Positions 12,400 to 23,900 of a DNA stretch of 64,000 nt are shown here, one piece after another. The position numbers were made by a program, and so were the translations under genes. Source of the DNA: Sphaerodactylus townsendi. Its lineage: Eukaryota. The notes under the pieces were generated by a model. The model was not told where the DNA came from. It saw nothing but the letters and a program-made list of their open reading frames with translations, and made no database searches. Within the stretch, counting starts at the first letter, position 1, and the number at the start of each line of letters is the position of its first letter. Where the stretch lies: contig NC_059436.1 of assembly GCF_021028975.2 (NCBI RefSeq), positions 25,792,001 to 25,856,000 of the forward strand. Reading direction: 5' to 3'.

Positions 12400-14160
12400 C
12401 GCCCTGGAGCTCTACACGGCAAAGAGGGGTGAGGGGGGTGGGACAGGAAAGGGGTACAGCGGGCATTCACCCGGAAGCGCAGGGCGGGGGGAGCCCTGCG
12501 GGAGAGGCCGCCTGGCGGCTCAGCTCCTCCGTCCCTCTCGACGGCCCCGAGTCCCTCAGCCGGGAGATGCTTGTTTGACGTGGCCGACCGCGTGGAGTTT
12601 TCTGGCGAGGGCCCGACGGTCTGTTTGCTTTGTGCGAAGCGGAGGTCGAGGGTTGCTCCCCCCCACCCCTCGCTGAGGCCATGGCCTGCCGCCAAGCCTT
12701 CTGGCCCCAATCCTGGCATTGCAGGGCAGGAACAGCGAAGCACCGCTGTTTGGCCAAGACGGAAGGGACGCGGGGGGGGGGGTAGCTTGCCTGGGTCTTG
12801 AGCACCAACCGGCCTCCCGGCAGCCGCCCATGAGCGGGGGCGGGGGGGCACATCCCCTGGCCTCGGGCGGAGAGGAGGAACGGAGGGCAGCGACCCCTCC
12901 CCCCCCGCTGGCTCCCGAGGTGAACGGGCCGGGTCGGAAGTCCCGGGTCAGCCTGACTCCGCCGACGCGCCCTGCCCCGGTCCGCAAAGAAGCAGCGGGA
13001 GTTCCGGCCCTGGCCGGAGGGTGGCGGTGGGGGTCAGGGCTCTTCCCCTCGAGGGCAGCTGGGGCGGGGGGCGCTGGGTGGGCAGGGCTGCTCCTTGGCT
13101 CCGTGCGCGCAGCAGGTGAGGGAGGAGGGCGAGCGGGCGGCCTTGGTCTTTCGAGGCGGACAACGTCGAGGCGGCTCTTGGCCGGAGATGCAGGAACGGC
13201 CCTGATCCCCGGGGGACGCTTCGGCCCAGCCCCCCCCCCCCCGCACGCTGGCCGCCCCGCTCCGTGGGGGGGGGTGGGAGGAGGCCGGGGCTGCGCGGGA
13301 CAGGATGCTCGAGCCCAGGCCGTCGCAGCTCGCGCGCCCTCCCGCGCGCCCAGGCCGCCGCGCCAACCGCAGAATCGACCTGCGCCCGCCCGGCGGCGAG
13401 TCAGCCGCGCAGCCCCGCCATCTTGGCGCGCCCCCGCAGATGCTGGCCGTCCCCCCCGCCCCGCGCAGCCGGGCCATGCGGCAGCCACGCACCACGCGCC
13501 CCGGCGGGCCCCCCCGGCCCCTCCTGCCGGCCCTGGCCCTCCTCGGTCTCCTCCTGGCTCCGGGTGAGCAGCGCTGCTGCCGCGGGCGGGAGGAGCCGGG
13601 GCTGGCAGGAGGGGCCGGGGCTGGCCGAGGCGGCGGGCGGGCGGGCGGGAGCCCGGGGGGGGGGGGGCGCCTCGCCTGCCCGGGAGGAGGTCGGGGCAAG
13701 CCAGGCGAGGGGGGGCCGGGGCGGGGAACCGGGGCCCCGGGCTCAGCCCCCCCTGAGGCGGCAGAGGCCGGCCAGCCGCGTGCCCCCCCCCCCCCCGCGG
13801 AAGCCGGCAGCCCGGCAGGTCGAGCGCTTTGCTCGGGGAGGGAGGGGTTGGCAGGAGAGCGGCCACCACCCCACATCCGGGCCCGGGCCCCTGCTTGCTA
13901 GCTGCCCTGGCCTGCCGGGGCGACGCGTTGCGGGCCGGGGCATGAACCTTTCTCCCGCTGCGCGCAAGACGCCCTGGGCAGAGGCCAGCAGCAGAGGGCG
14001 AGGGGGCACAGGGAGGGGGCCTGGGATGGGGTGGGGGGTGGGCGGCCCGGACAGCCAGGTAAGAGGGCAAGGAAGAGGAGAGGGGACGTCGGTCTCCCAT
14101 GTTGCAGTTTTCAGGGCGCAGAGACCGGGGTGGGGGTGGGGGTGGGGTGGGGGTCCGCGC
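12400..14160. promoter_or_regulatory. CpG island / SCN2B promoter
   Basis: Very high GC and CpG density spanning SCN2B exon 1, with GC boxes and ETS-like CGGAAG motifs. Confidence 0.7.
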
Positions 14161-16066
14161 TCCAGCTACAATAAAATCTATGATAGCAGCTGAAAATGGC
14201 CACTGCAGTCGCTGCATCCCGGTTCTGCAGCGCTATGCAGATTCTGCAGCAGCAAACTCCTTGCCAGTAGCAGGGGTGGGGGCTGGGACAGAGGGGAGAC
14301 AAGGAACAGTTTGGGGGGTGGTCCAAATGGCGGTCAGCATTTCCTTGCCCCACCCGGGAGCTCCCTGCCTGGCATGTGATGATCTTCAGGGTTCCTGCTG
14401 GGGCCTGGCATGCCTGCAGCAACTGCACCCCCTCCCCCAATTCCTGCAGCAGGACCGGCTGGCATGCCCACTGGACAGGCGCCAGGCAGCCCAGCCGCTG
14501 CAGACACGGGGCCCCTGCAGATGAGGCCATGGCTGCGGACTCTGGATTTGTGTAGTGAGGCTGGCTGACCTGAAGGCATGCGTGGGGCCCAGGACCTGCC
14601 CTTTGACCTTTTCACGCTCTGTGTGGGGGCAAGGGAGGAGGTCAGTCTTGGGGCCCTGTTTGCAGCCAGCACGCGAAACCCCAGGGCAAGTTTTCACCCC
14701 AGCATAAGACTGCCAGCAGCAGCTCCTGGCTACTCTCCTGCCCCCAGCAGGAAAGAAGGGCTGCCTGTCCGGCCCCAGGAAGGGAGGAGTAACACTGGTT
14801 TCTTCCCCCACTCTCCCGACAGTGCCCAGCGGCCTGGCCATGGAGGTCACGGCCCCGATGACCATCAATGCGCTGAATGGCTCCTCCGTTCGCCTGGCCT
14901 GCACCTTCAACTCCTGCTACCAAGTGGTAGAGAAGCAGTTTGCCCTCAACTGGACCTACCAAGAGTGCTGGAACTGCAGTGAGATGATGGTGAGCCTCCC
15001 TCCCTCCCTCCGAGAAGGTCACAAGACAGCCCTGGACCTTCCTGTGGGGACTTGGCCTGACCGAGTGGGCGGTGGGGGGCAGAGGTCGGGTGGGAGGTCT
15101 GAGTCTGCCAGGAAAGGAAGTTCTCTTCAGCCCTGGGCCCCAGTGGACAAGCAGCTCCAGTGCCAGGCCGGCTCAGTGGCTAGCTCTGCTTGGGGGCCTT
15201 GGAACGGAGGTGTGTCCCGAGGGGAGGGCTGTGGCCCCTTTGCTCGGCTCTCCCAGGCACCTTGCCTGGTATTTGGAAGCCAAAGCAGATGCCTCTTCCC
15301 CTCACTGCTCCCTATAGAGCTTAGGGGTTCAGTCCAGGCTTCCCAAGACTTCTAACAGGCCTCTCCATGTCTGGCCACTGGCTCACGGAAGGGTGACTGC
15401 TGGTCTGAGACCCCCTGCCTTTGTGTCTGCCCCCTCCCCCTCCCAGCTCTTGCAGTTCAAATCCAAGATCATCCCCGTGGAACAGACTCGCTTTGGCAAT
15501 CGTGTGAAGTTCACAGGGAACGTGGCCAAGTATGACGTGTCCTTCACCCTCCACAATGTGCAGTTGGATGACGAGGGATTCTACAACTGCTTTGTGCTGA
15601 ACCCCCCTGATCGGAATAGAGGCCATGCCAAAATCAACCTGAGAGTCATCACGGAAGGTGAGTATCCAGGCAGGTGACGTGACCCGCCCCCAATCTCAGC
15701 CCCATCCGGAACTCCCCCCTGGCGACATGACACCAGCAAACCCCTGCTGTGGCCGGGCGGGCGGTCTGGAAGCCCTTCAGCCGGGAAGAGAGGAGACCTG
15801 TCAGGCCCTCTGCTCCTCCTCCTCCTGGGCGCGAAGATCACCCTTGCCTCGGCCTTGTCTCCACAGAGCCCCCAGAACGGGACTCCACCGTGGCCGTGGT
15901 TGTGGGCGCTTCTGTGGGCGGCTTCCTGGCTGTGGTGATCCTGGCCCTGGTGGTGGTCAAGTGTGTCCGGAGGAGGAAGCAGCAGAAGCTGAACACGGAT
16001 GACCAGAAGACTGAGGAAGAGGGGAAGACAGATGGCGAGGGGAACCCCGAGGAGGGCCCCAAGTAG
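13476..16066 (+). CDS. SCN2B: Voltage-gated sodium channel beta-2 subunit, about 221 aa; exons 13476-13563, 14823-14989, 15447-15657, 15867-16066
   Basis: Signal peptide MRQPR..LLPALALLGLLLAP; MEVTAPMTINALNGSSVRLACTFNSCY..LNWTYQECWNCSE; RFGNRVKFTGN..YDVS..DEGFYNCFVLNPPDR; PPERDSTVAVVVGASVGGFLAVVILALVVVKCVRRRKQQKLNTDDQKTEEEGKTDGEGNP. The alpha-linking Cys and the CxxC pair are retained. An in-frame upstream ATG exists at 13440. Confidence 0.96.
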
Positions 16067-17239
16067 AGGGGGCGGGGCCCCTTCCCATGGCCGCACACGC
16101 TCCCCCCACTCACGTGCTGTATGCCCTGCCCAGCTGCCTCCACCCCGGCCCCATGGCATCATCTCTTTGGGGCAGGCTGGAGAGGGGGCAGGCCGTGCAG
16201 ACTGGGATGCCTGGGCGGGGGGGGGGGGGCTGTTCTCTGCTGGCTGGCCAGTGAACCTGATGCTGCAGCCCCTCCCCCACAGAGGGTCCCAGCTGAGCCA
16301 GCCTCTGCTCCTCCCCGTCTCCCTGTGAAGCCAGGCCCTGAGGCTGCAAAGCCGAAGGGGGAGTGTGTGTGTGTATGTGTGGGGAAGAGTGCTTCTTGCC
16401 TGAGCTGGGTGATCTCCAGGTACTGGGGGTGGGGTGCAGAGTGGATGAGCCATTCAGGGCAACATTCAGGAACAGAACGGGGCGGGGCGGGGGGGAAGAC
16501 AGGCGGGTTCTCTTTGCCAACGCAAAAACTGCCACTGCTAACAACCCACAACTGCCAAGACAATTCACTGCCAGTGGGAGGCAGCAGCACCCCAACACCC
16601 CACTCTGGCCTGCAGGAGACCCCCTCCCCCTGCCTCTCCAGGCCCAGGCAAGGGAAGGGGCTGCCTCAGGCTCAGGATAGCTAGGTATTCCCACGAGTAC
16701 CATTTTTCTCACCTGACACCTCCCTCCCCCCCTCCCCCCGACAACCCTCTTTGTACAACTCGGTGGTCTTCCCTGGGCTCTGCACTGGGGAGTGGGAGAT
16801 GCTGGTGGGAGATGCACGCTGCTTACTTGCTTCTCAAACACCTGCTGCCCATGGGGAGACCCCCGGGGTTCTGTTGTGGCGGGAGCAGGAAGAGGCGGGA
16901 CTCCTGCTCTTGGCAGGCCCTCTGCTGCTTCCTTGCCTCTGAGCCAGCAGCGCTGCCAGCTGCCACCACCCCTCCCCATTGGCCACCAGCAGAAGCTGTG
17001 TTTCCTCTTAGCCTCCTCGAGGCCTCAGGGGCATTCTTAGACCGTGGGGCCAGGGGCCCCTCCTCCTCCTCCCAGCTGGTTCCCTGGCCTAGCAAAGGTG
17101 CAGGCCCAAAGCCTGAAAAGCCTCACGCACGCACCCTCCCCCCCCCCCCCCGAACTCACCTGTCATGGAGCCACAGGGCTGTGTTCCTTTGGCTACCACA
17201 CCTGGACTCAGAAGCTGCAGTAAGGGATGGGGTGGAAGT

Positions 17240-17560
17240 GAGCATCTCTCCCACAGTTCTAGAGCCCAGGTCATCCACTGAAGCTGGAGGACGGCAGATC
17301 CACGGCAGATAAAAGGAAATACTTCTTCACATTGTACATAGTTAATTTGTGGAACTCACTGCCACAATATGGGGTGACAGCCACCAACTGGGAAGGTTTG
17401 AAAAGGCTGGTGGACAAATTCATGGAGGAGGGGGCTGCCTATGGCTCCTTGCCTGATGGATCTCTAATGTCTCCAGGGCCAGTGGCAGGATGAGGCCTTT
17501 GCACCAGTCTCCCTGCTCTGGGGCTTCCTGGAGGCAGCTGGCCAGCCTTGGCTCTGATGG
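17240..17560 (+). mobile_element. Old CR1 3' fragment in the SCN2B 3' UTR
   Basis: aaaaggaaatacttcttcac...tggaactcactgccaca...ggacaaattcatggagga resembles the CR1 ORF2 end at 43500-43620. Confidence 0.7.
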
Positions 17561-18024
17561 AACAGGGCTGCTCGGCTGGCTGCGGCTCTGCTGGGCTGGG
17601 CCCCCTCAGGCAACCAAGCCAAGTAGCGCTCTCTCTCTCTCTCTCTCTCTCCCCCCAGCAGAGCAGGGAGGGGTACCCGCCTGCTGAAGAGGGTGGGGCT
17701 GGCCAGGGACTCACCTTGGCAGTCCCCGCTTGCCTTGGCATCCTGCTTTCATCCCTGCCCCCCCTCCCCCCGCTGTTGTGCTTGGCTGAGGATCCTCCCC
17801 CTCTCCGGCCTTCCCTCAGCTGGAAGGTGCCTGCAGTTTGGATTCTTCCCAAAGCCTCCCAACACAGCGTTTCTCTTGCTTTTTGCATCTCTATGACGAG
17901 CAATTGAGTTCACTAACGTGTGTGTGTGCGTACGTGCGTGCATACATACGTGTACGTGCTGCTGGTCTGTGTTGAAAATCAGTATTAGCCTGTGCTTGCC
18001 CAGACAAACTCAAGTATTAAGCTC

Positions 18025-18030
18025 AATAAA
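18025..18030 (+). terminator. Candidate SCN2B polyadenylation signal
   Basis: AATAAA about 2 kb downstream of the stop codon, followed by T/G-rich sequence. Confidence 0.5.
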
Positions 18031-19779
18031 ATGGAATGTGTATCTCAGAAGAGCTTCCTCCTGGCACCTCTTCTTCCTTGGGTTGGGGTGAGTGTGTGAC
18101 CAAGTGTGTGAGAAACCCATCCCTCTTCGCCTCACCCAGCCTGGGCACTCTGTTGCTCTTGGAGACTCCTGGTTTGGGGGGTGCTAGAGTACTGGTTCCC
18201 TGAGGTCATCTAGTCCACCCACATGCAAACTGTCCAATGGCTATGAAAAAAAAGAGCGCATGGGACCTTGCACAACTGCACCCAGGCATTTCCTGGCCTA
18301 AGTCATGCCAGTGCCCAGGACTGTTGAGGCCAGCCCCTGGCAGGGGTGTGTGTGTGTGGGTGGGTGGGTGGGTGGTTGGTGGGTGGGTGGGTGGAGTGGA
18401 TCTGGGCCAGCAGGCCTTTCCCCAGCTGGATCCTTTCAGAACAGAAGCTGCGACCAAGTGGAGGAAGAAGTTCTGGGCCCCTGCCCTGGTTTCTTGGGCT
18501 TCTGGCCAAGCTGGGCCCCCAGAAATTGGCTGGTCAACCAGCCTGCTTTGGGACTCGATTGGGTGGGTGGGGAGTTCTCAGCAGCCCCTTTTCAGATCAA
18601 AGGAGGACCTCTCCCTTCTCACACGCCAATAAGAAAAGGACCCAGCCTCAGCGCTGCCCGTCAAGGAAGGGGGCATGGAGAAGGCTGCCGGCCTGGCTCC
18701 CTGGGACCCCAAGTCGCGGGCACTTCAGTGATCCCGTCCAAGAAAAAGGGAAAAAAAGGGACACAGCAGGTGGGCAACACTGACTGGAAGGTTCCCTACC
18801 CTGCTAGCTCCGGGGACGCTACCTGCCCCTCTGGGACTCTCACCCCAACCCCTTCTGGGACTGCCACCTCCGGCCAAGCCCTGCTGCGACTTCGGCCCGT
18901 TTGGGGGCAGGGAGGCTGGGTCTGCTGCGCTGCTCCTCGGCCACCGTGGCCGCCCCAGCTGCCCCTCCACCCAGTGCGGCGGCCGCCTCTCCACCCAAGG
19001 AGCCTCTGCCAGGGCTAGTCTGTGTCCAAAGGCCCGGGAATAGGCCGCTCCATCTGCAAGCAGCATGCTTCGCCCGCCTGACCTACCTCATCTGACAGGG
19101 CGGTCGGTGCGGGCGGGAGGAGAACACGGGGCAACGACCAGGGAGGATTTGTCAAATGAAGGGGAAAGCAGTAAAGGGGGGGGGGCAAGGACTGGAGGGG
19201 CCTCCCGCAAGCAGCGCCTTCCCCCGCCGCGTGACTGGCAGTGATCTAGGCTTTGGCTGCAGAGGGGCAGCCGGAGCTTGCCTCCTGAAACTTCCGGAGC
19301 TGGCCGCCGCACCCCTCGCCCCGGTTCCGCTCTGCTTACCCTCGGAGGGGGATGCTGCTCCGTCAGCGCTGGGGATACTCCTGCCGCTGCCCCCGTTTGT
19401 GTCCCTGGGATGATCCATCGCGGGCGCCTGACGGCGGGGAGCGGGCACTGCCCTGCTGGCACCTGGCCACGGGGTGCCGCTGGTTGACAAAGCCCGCCTG
19501 GCCGGCGAGGGCCGGGGTCGCCGGGCGCCTCTTCCAGCCCAGGCCAATCCACAGCGGAGCGCGGCTCTTGCAGAAGTCCCACGAAGACCCGTCGGCGTTG
19601 CCGCTGCCGCTGAGTGTGGGATGAGGCCAGCAAGAGCCGAATGCCTGGGAGGGGGACCGGGGAAAGGGGCGGTCAGGAGTCACCACCTCCCAGGTCCCAG
19701 ACGGTCCACCCCGTCCAGCCGTCTAAGGCTGCCCTCCCCTCCCACTCCAACGCCGCCCGTCCCTTGCCCAGATCGGTCT

Positions 19780-21290
19780 CCATTGCAGCTGCTGAGGCCA
19801 GGACAGGAAGCCCAGGAAATCCATTCCAGGGCTTCTCAAGTTGTGAGGCTCTCCAAGTGTGAGCTGGTGCACCAAAAGATAAACTGGGTTTCTTGGGCTG
19901 CCGGATCCGGGCAGCTGGAATGGAGATGGACCCCCCAGCAGGGAAGGCGCAGGCTGGCGGAGCGCGACGACCGGGCAGCTCCAGTCCCGCCTCCGATTCG
20001 GCATTTTTTGTTGCAATTTTATTCCCCGTTTTGGCCGGGCTGCTGCGCTCCTCCTGACAGCCAACTACTCAGAGTCAAGGGGAAGGGCCAGAAAGCGGAG
20101 GCCCCCGCGGGTGGGGAGGGCTGCTTGGACTGGCCACACCAGCGTGCCAAAGGACTTCTGAGGCATTAACAAAACTGTTCACCTCAGAGTCCATACTGCA
20201 GCCTGCTGACCGTCCAAACCTTTTGTGGTGCAGGTAGACGCCAGTGATGTGGCAATGGGGGGGGGGGGGTTGTATGCGCTCTCCTCAAGCGGAGGGAGGA
20301 GGGAAGGGGGGCGTGCCTGCCTGTCCCGCAGAAGCTGAACAGAATTGGACTGTGCGGAACAGGCTGTCTGTCCATGCTGCGTTCACCCCAAAGCAACTAG
20401 GCCAAGCTCAGCCTCCCAGTCCGAGGCTGGAGCTGCAGGACCCCCGGCTCAACGGCTCCTTGAAGCCCTGTGCGGGGTGGGGCTGGGGGGTGGGGAGGCT
20501 TCCCCGGTGGTGGAGAAGGGCCGGCTGCTGTGGTTGGGGGCCTGGCGCTGTGCTCCTGGACCCGCCCACAAACAGGCACTTGTGGTTTGTCAAGATGACT
20601 CAAAGTGAGCTGGACATTTGGGATTTGTGAAGACCTCGCATTTCACTCGCAGACACTTTTGGCGGAAGTCTCTCTGCCAGCATGTTGAGGCTGCTATTGG
20701 GGCGTCCTGCGCGTGCAGTGGCTGAGTGCACTCTGGGAAAGCCCCCGGGACGACTGCGCAGACCTTTGGAGGCTCCTGAGAGGGACCGTCTCGGGCTGTG
20801 ATTGCTGCGGATTTCATTACGGATCTTCCTTCCAGCCACGGGAAGACCGTCGGCTGGACAGTGGGAGGCAGATCCCTTCTCCAAACAAGCCCACTTTGTG
20901 CCTTTGGAACAACTCCCCTTGGCACAGAAGTTGGCCAAACTGTTTGTGAGCCATATTTACAGGTTGCCCTCAGATCCAACCAGAATAATTTCAGGCCGAG
21001 GGTCTCCGTTTGTGTCTAAATTTTGGGGTTCTTTTCTCAAGTTGTGGGGGGGGGAGGGGGGGACAGGGCCTAAGCTCCCGCCTCTACGCGGAGAGTCACG
21101 GTCCGTCAGAGAGAGTGAACCCGGTTGCTCAAGCAGGACTTCTGTGACTATATTAGCTGCCCTCAGGACAACCGGACTGACTTGCCCTTGTTCGCGGAGT
21201 ATTCCTATAGCAATGCTGTTCATTGCTATAGGCACCTTTTGAAAAAGGCACCTTTTGAAAAGTGGCCTATGGAGGGGTGGGGGTGGGGGG
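19780..21290 (+). mobile_element. Highly degenerate Ty3/Gypsy LTR-retrotransposon pol (RT end, RNase H, integrase)
   Basis: Frameshifted motifs in correct order: LSKCE..FLGCRI..MDP, LFTSESILQPAD, PFVVQVDASDVAMG (20219), EAEQNWTV, GHLGFVKT, IAADFITDLPSSHGKTV, PFSKQAHFVPL..AKLFVSHIYRL..IISGRGSPFVSKFW, FAEYSYSNAVH. Confidence 0.85.
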
Positions 21291-21339
21291 CTGATGCTGT
21301 TTCATAATAATAAAGAAGTCCACTGAAATCCGCTGAGTC

Positions 21340-23900
21340 TTGTTCAGCGGACGAGAGTCGCCTCCGGGCGCGAGAGGGCCTCGCAAGGACTCCAGGCGGC
21401 GCACGAAAGACTTTGTCCGTGGCGCGGGCCCTTTGCCGATCGCCCGGAGGGACGAGGCTGCGAGGCGATGCTGCTGCTGCGACCAGGAGGGCCCGGGAGG
21501 CGTCGGCCTGCCTGGGCGCGAAGGCCTGCTGCCCTGCCCCTGCCCGGCCAGGCGGCGGAGCGCACTGGCGCGGGGCGGGGGGGGAAAGAGGCGGCGGCGG
21601 CGTGTGTGTGTGCGGGGGGGCGGGGTGGATGGGGCGGGCAAGGCGCGCCTGACTCTGCAGGGCCGGGCCGGGACAGCCAGCCCCCTGGCCGCCTCGCTGG
21701 GTCGCTGCCGGGCCGGCTCGCTTGTCTCCGCCCCCGGGCCGGTGGGGGCTACTGCAGGGGGCGGGCCGGGCAGCGCGGCGCGGCGCGGCTACTTGAGCGG
21801 TGGCGGCGGAGCAGGAGCGCGACCGGGCAGCCGGCTGCCAGCACTGCGGCGGGGGCCGGGATCCAGGGCGGCCATGGCCGGAGGCTGGCTCGGGGCGGCC
21901 TTGCTGGGTAAGTGGGGGGCCAGGGGGAGCCGGTCGGGTAAGTCTCGCTGCGGGCGGCGGCTGCGCGGGCGACTCGGGCAGGGCCAGGCGCAGAGGCGGC
22001 CCTGGAGACTTCTGACGGGCCAGCCGCAGCGCCTGAGAGGTGGGCCGAGGAGAAACTCTGCACATGCTCGCTGTCCCTGCTGCTAGCGGGGTGGGAGGCT
22101 GGGGCAGACAGCCCCCGAGAGGCAGCGCCGCTGGACTGGAGGAGGCTTCGGGAACGACTGCTGCGCCGGCTCCGCCAGAGAGGCGTGCCCAGCCCGGCCC
22201 CGGGGCCTGCCTTGCTGCGACTCGGGGGTCCCTCTCCTCACCCGGCCCCTGGGAAGACCGCCCGCTGCTCTCTCCCGGCCTCCCCGGGAGGTCCCAGAAA
22301 CCCTCTGAGAGCAGCGGTTCTTCCCACAGAGAAGGGACCCCGGTCGCGTCTCCATGCCGGCATCTGCGGTGTTCAGAGTAGCCGGCGAGGCCGCTGCCAG
22401 TCCGAGCGGGAGGGAGAGGCCGGCCTCTCGGGCCCGGGGGATCCTGGCTCGGCAGAGGGGAGCTTCACCTGTCCTGCCTCTGAGTGAGAACCTGCTGAAG
22501 GAAGGAAGGCGCCAGGCGAGGCCGAAGCAGGTGCCCGGCGGTGGCTCCCTCTCCCTCTGCGAAGGGGGTTAAGGGGGGGAGGTTAGCCGAGGGGGAGGGG
22601 AGGGGAGGGGGAGGAGGGTCCGGCGCCTGCCCGCTTCTGTCCCGCCGAGGCTCTCCGGTTTCCAGCGCGCCCCAAGGGATCTTTGTGGTCCTTCGCGTTT
22701 CGCTTTCTCCTTCCAAGACCGCGAGGCGGGTGAAGCCGAGAAGAGCCGTCGTGGAACGTGTGGGGAGAGTCCCCCTTGCTACCCCTGGTCGGACTCGCGG
22801 GGTGGGGGGCGCTGGGGGTGGAGGGGAAGCAAAGGAAGGGGCCACTCCAGGTGACTGTCCCGCTTTGGGAGGATCCGTCCTGGCCCAGCTTGGCACAGTT
22901 CCCCCCCCCGCCGGCCCCAGAGGGCTCTGGCGACTGCTGCGTGCAGTTCTGGGCGGGGCGGGCCCAGATCCGAGCCCCCCCGCCCCCCGGAGAGGGCTCA
23001 GCTGCAGCAGCAGCTCCTTCTTGGAAGGAAAGGGGGGGGGAGCCACCTGCGTACTTGGGTTCATGAGGCGTGCAGCTCCTGGACTGGGGGTGGGTGGGGG
23101 TGAGGCGGGGGGGTCGGGAGGGGGGGATCTGGCTGCCTGGGCCCAGCCAGCCGCGCTTAGGCGGCCCCAGGCACAGCACCCTGGCAGACGGACCTCCGGG
23201 CAGCGAAGGGGGCGCCCTGCCTTGGCCGGAGCGGAAGCTGCCCTGCAACCCTTTCGGCGTGGGGCTGGCCGGCCTGGTTGGCTCCGGGCGCTCCCCGGCC
23301 GCGGCTGGTGCTGGTGCTGGGGGTCACCGGACGCCTCTTCTCTCCCGCTCAGGGCTGGGCCTGTGCTGGGCGCCGCTGGCCTTGGAGGTGTCGGTGGGCA
23401 AGGCGGCCACCATCTTCACGCAGAATGGCTCCGACGTGCTGCTGCCCTGCCACTTCACGGCCTGCATCGGCTTCGAGAACGCCCAGTTCTCCTGGTGGTT
23501 CCAGTCGGCCCAGTGGTTCGAGTCGGACCAGGTGCGCGGCCCCCTCCCTCGCCTCGAGGCAGAGGCCGCCGGGACTAGGGCCTGGGGGAGGGAGGCAGCT
23601 GCCGCCCCTCCGAAAAAGAGACGGCCGGCGGGCGCCGGAGGGCCATTCCTAGCGCCCCAGGCCCAGGCGACGAAGGAAGCGGGTCTGCTGTCCCCTACCC
23701 CGCTTTTGCCTCGGAGGAGAGGCGAGGCTGGTTCGGAGCCCGGCGGCGGCTTTTGGGGAAACGGGGGCCTGTCCCGGGGGATGGGCCGGCAGCAGCTGCA
23801 GTGAAGGCCCAGGCGCGTGCCCCGGGCGGGCCTCCTAACTGTGTGTTCCTTGGCTTCCCTCCCTCCCTCCCTCCCGCCCGCCCACCAGGGAAGTCCTTTG
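21340..23900. promoter_or_regulatory. CpG island / SCN4B promoter and 5' exons
   Basis: Dense CpG and GC boxes around SCN4B exons 1-2. Confidence 0.7.

Noticed and set aside
12556-14217. 553-aa minus-strand ORF and overlapping long ORFs
   Set aside because: They lie in the stop-poor SCN2B CpG island, are Pro/Gly/Arg/Ala-rich and show no domain.
14190-14275. Alternative SCN2B first exon at gctgaaaATG
   Set aside because: An in-frame TAG occurs before any donor and there is no hydrophobic leader.
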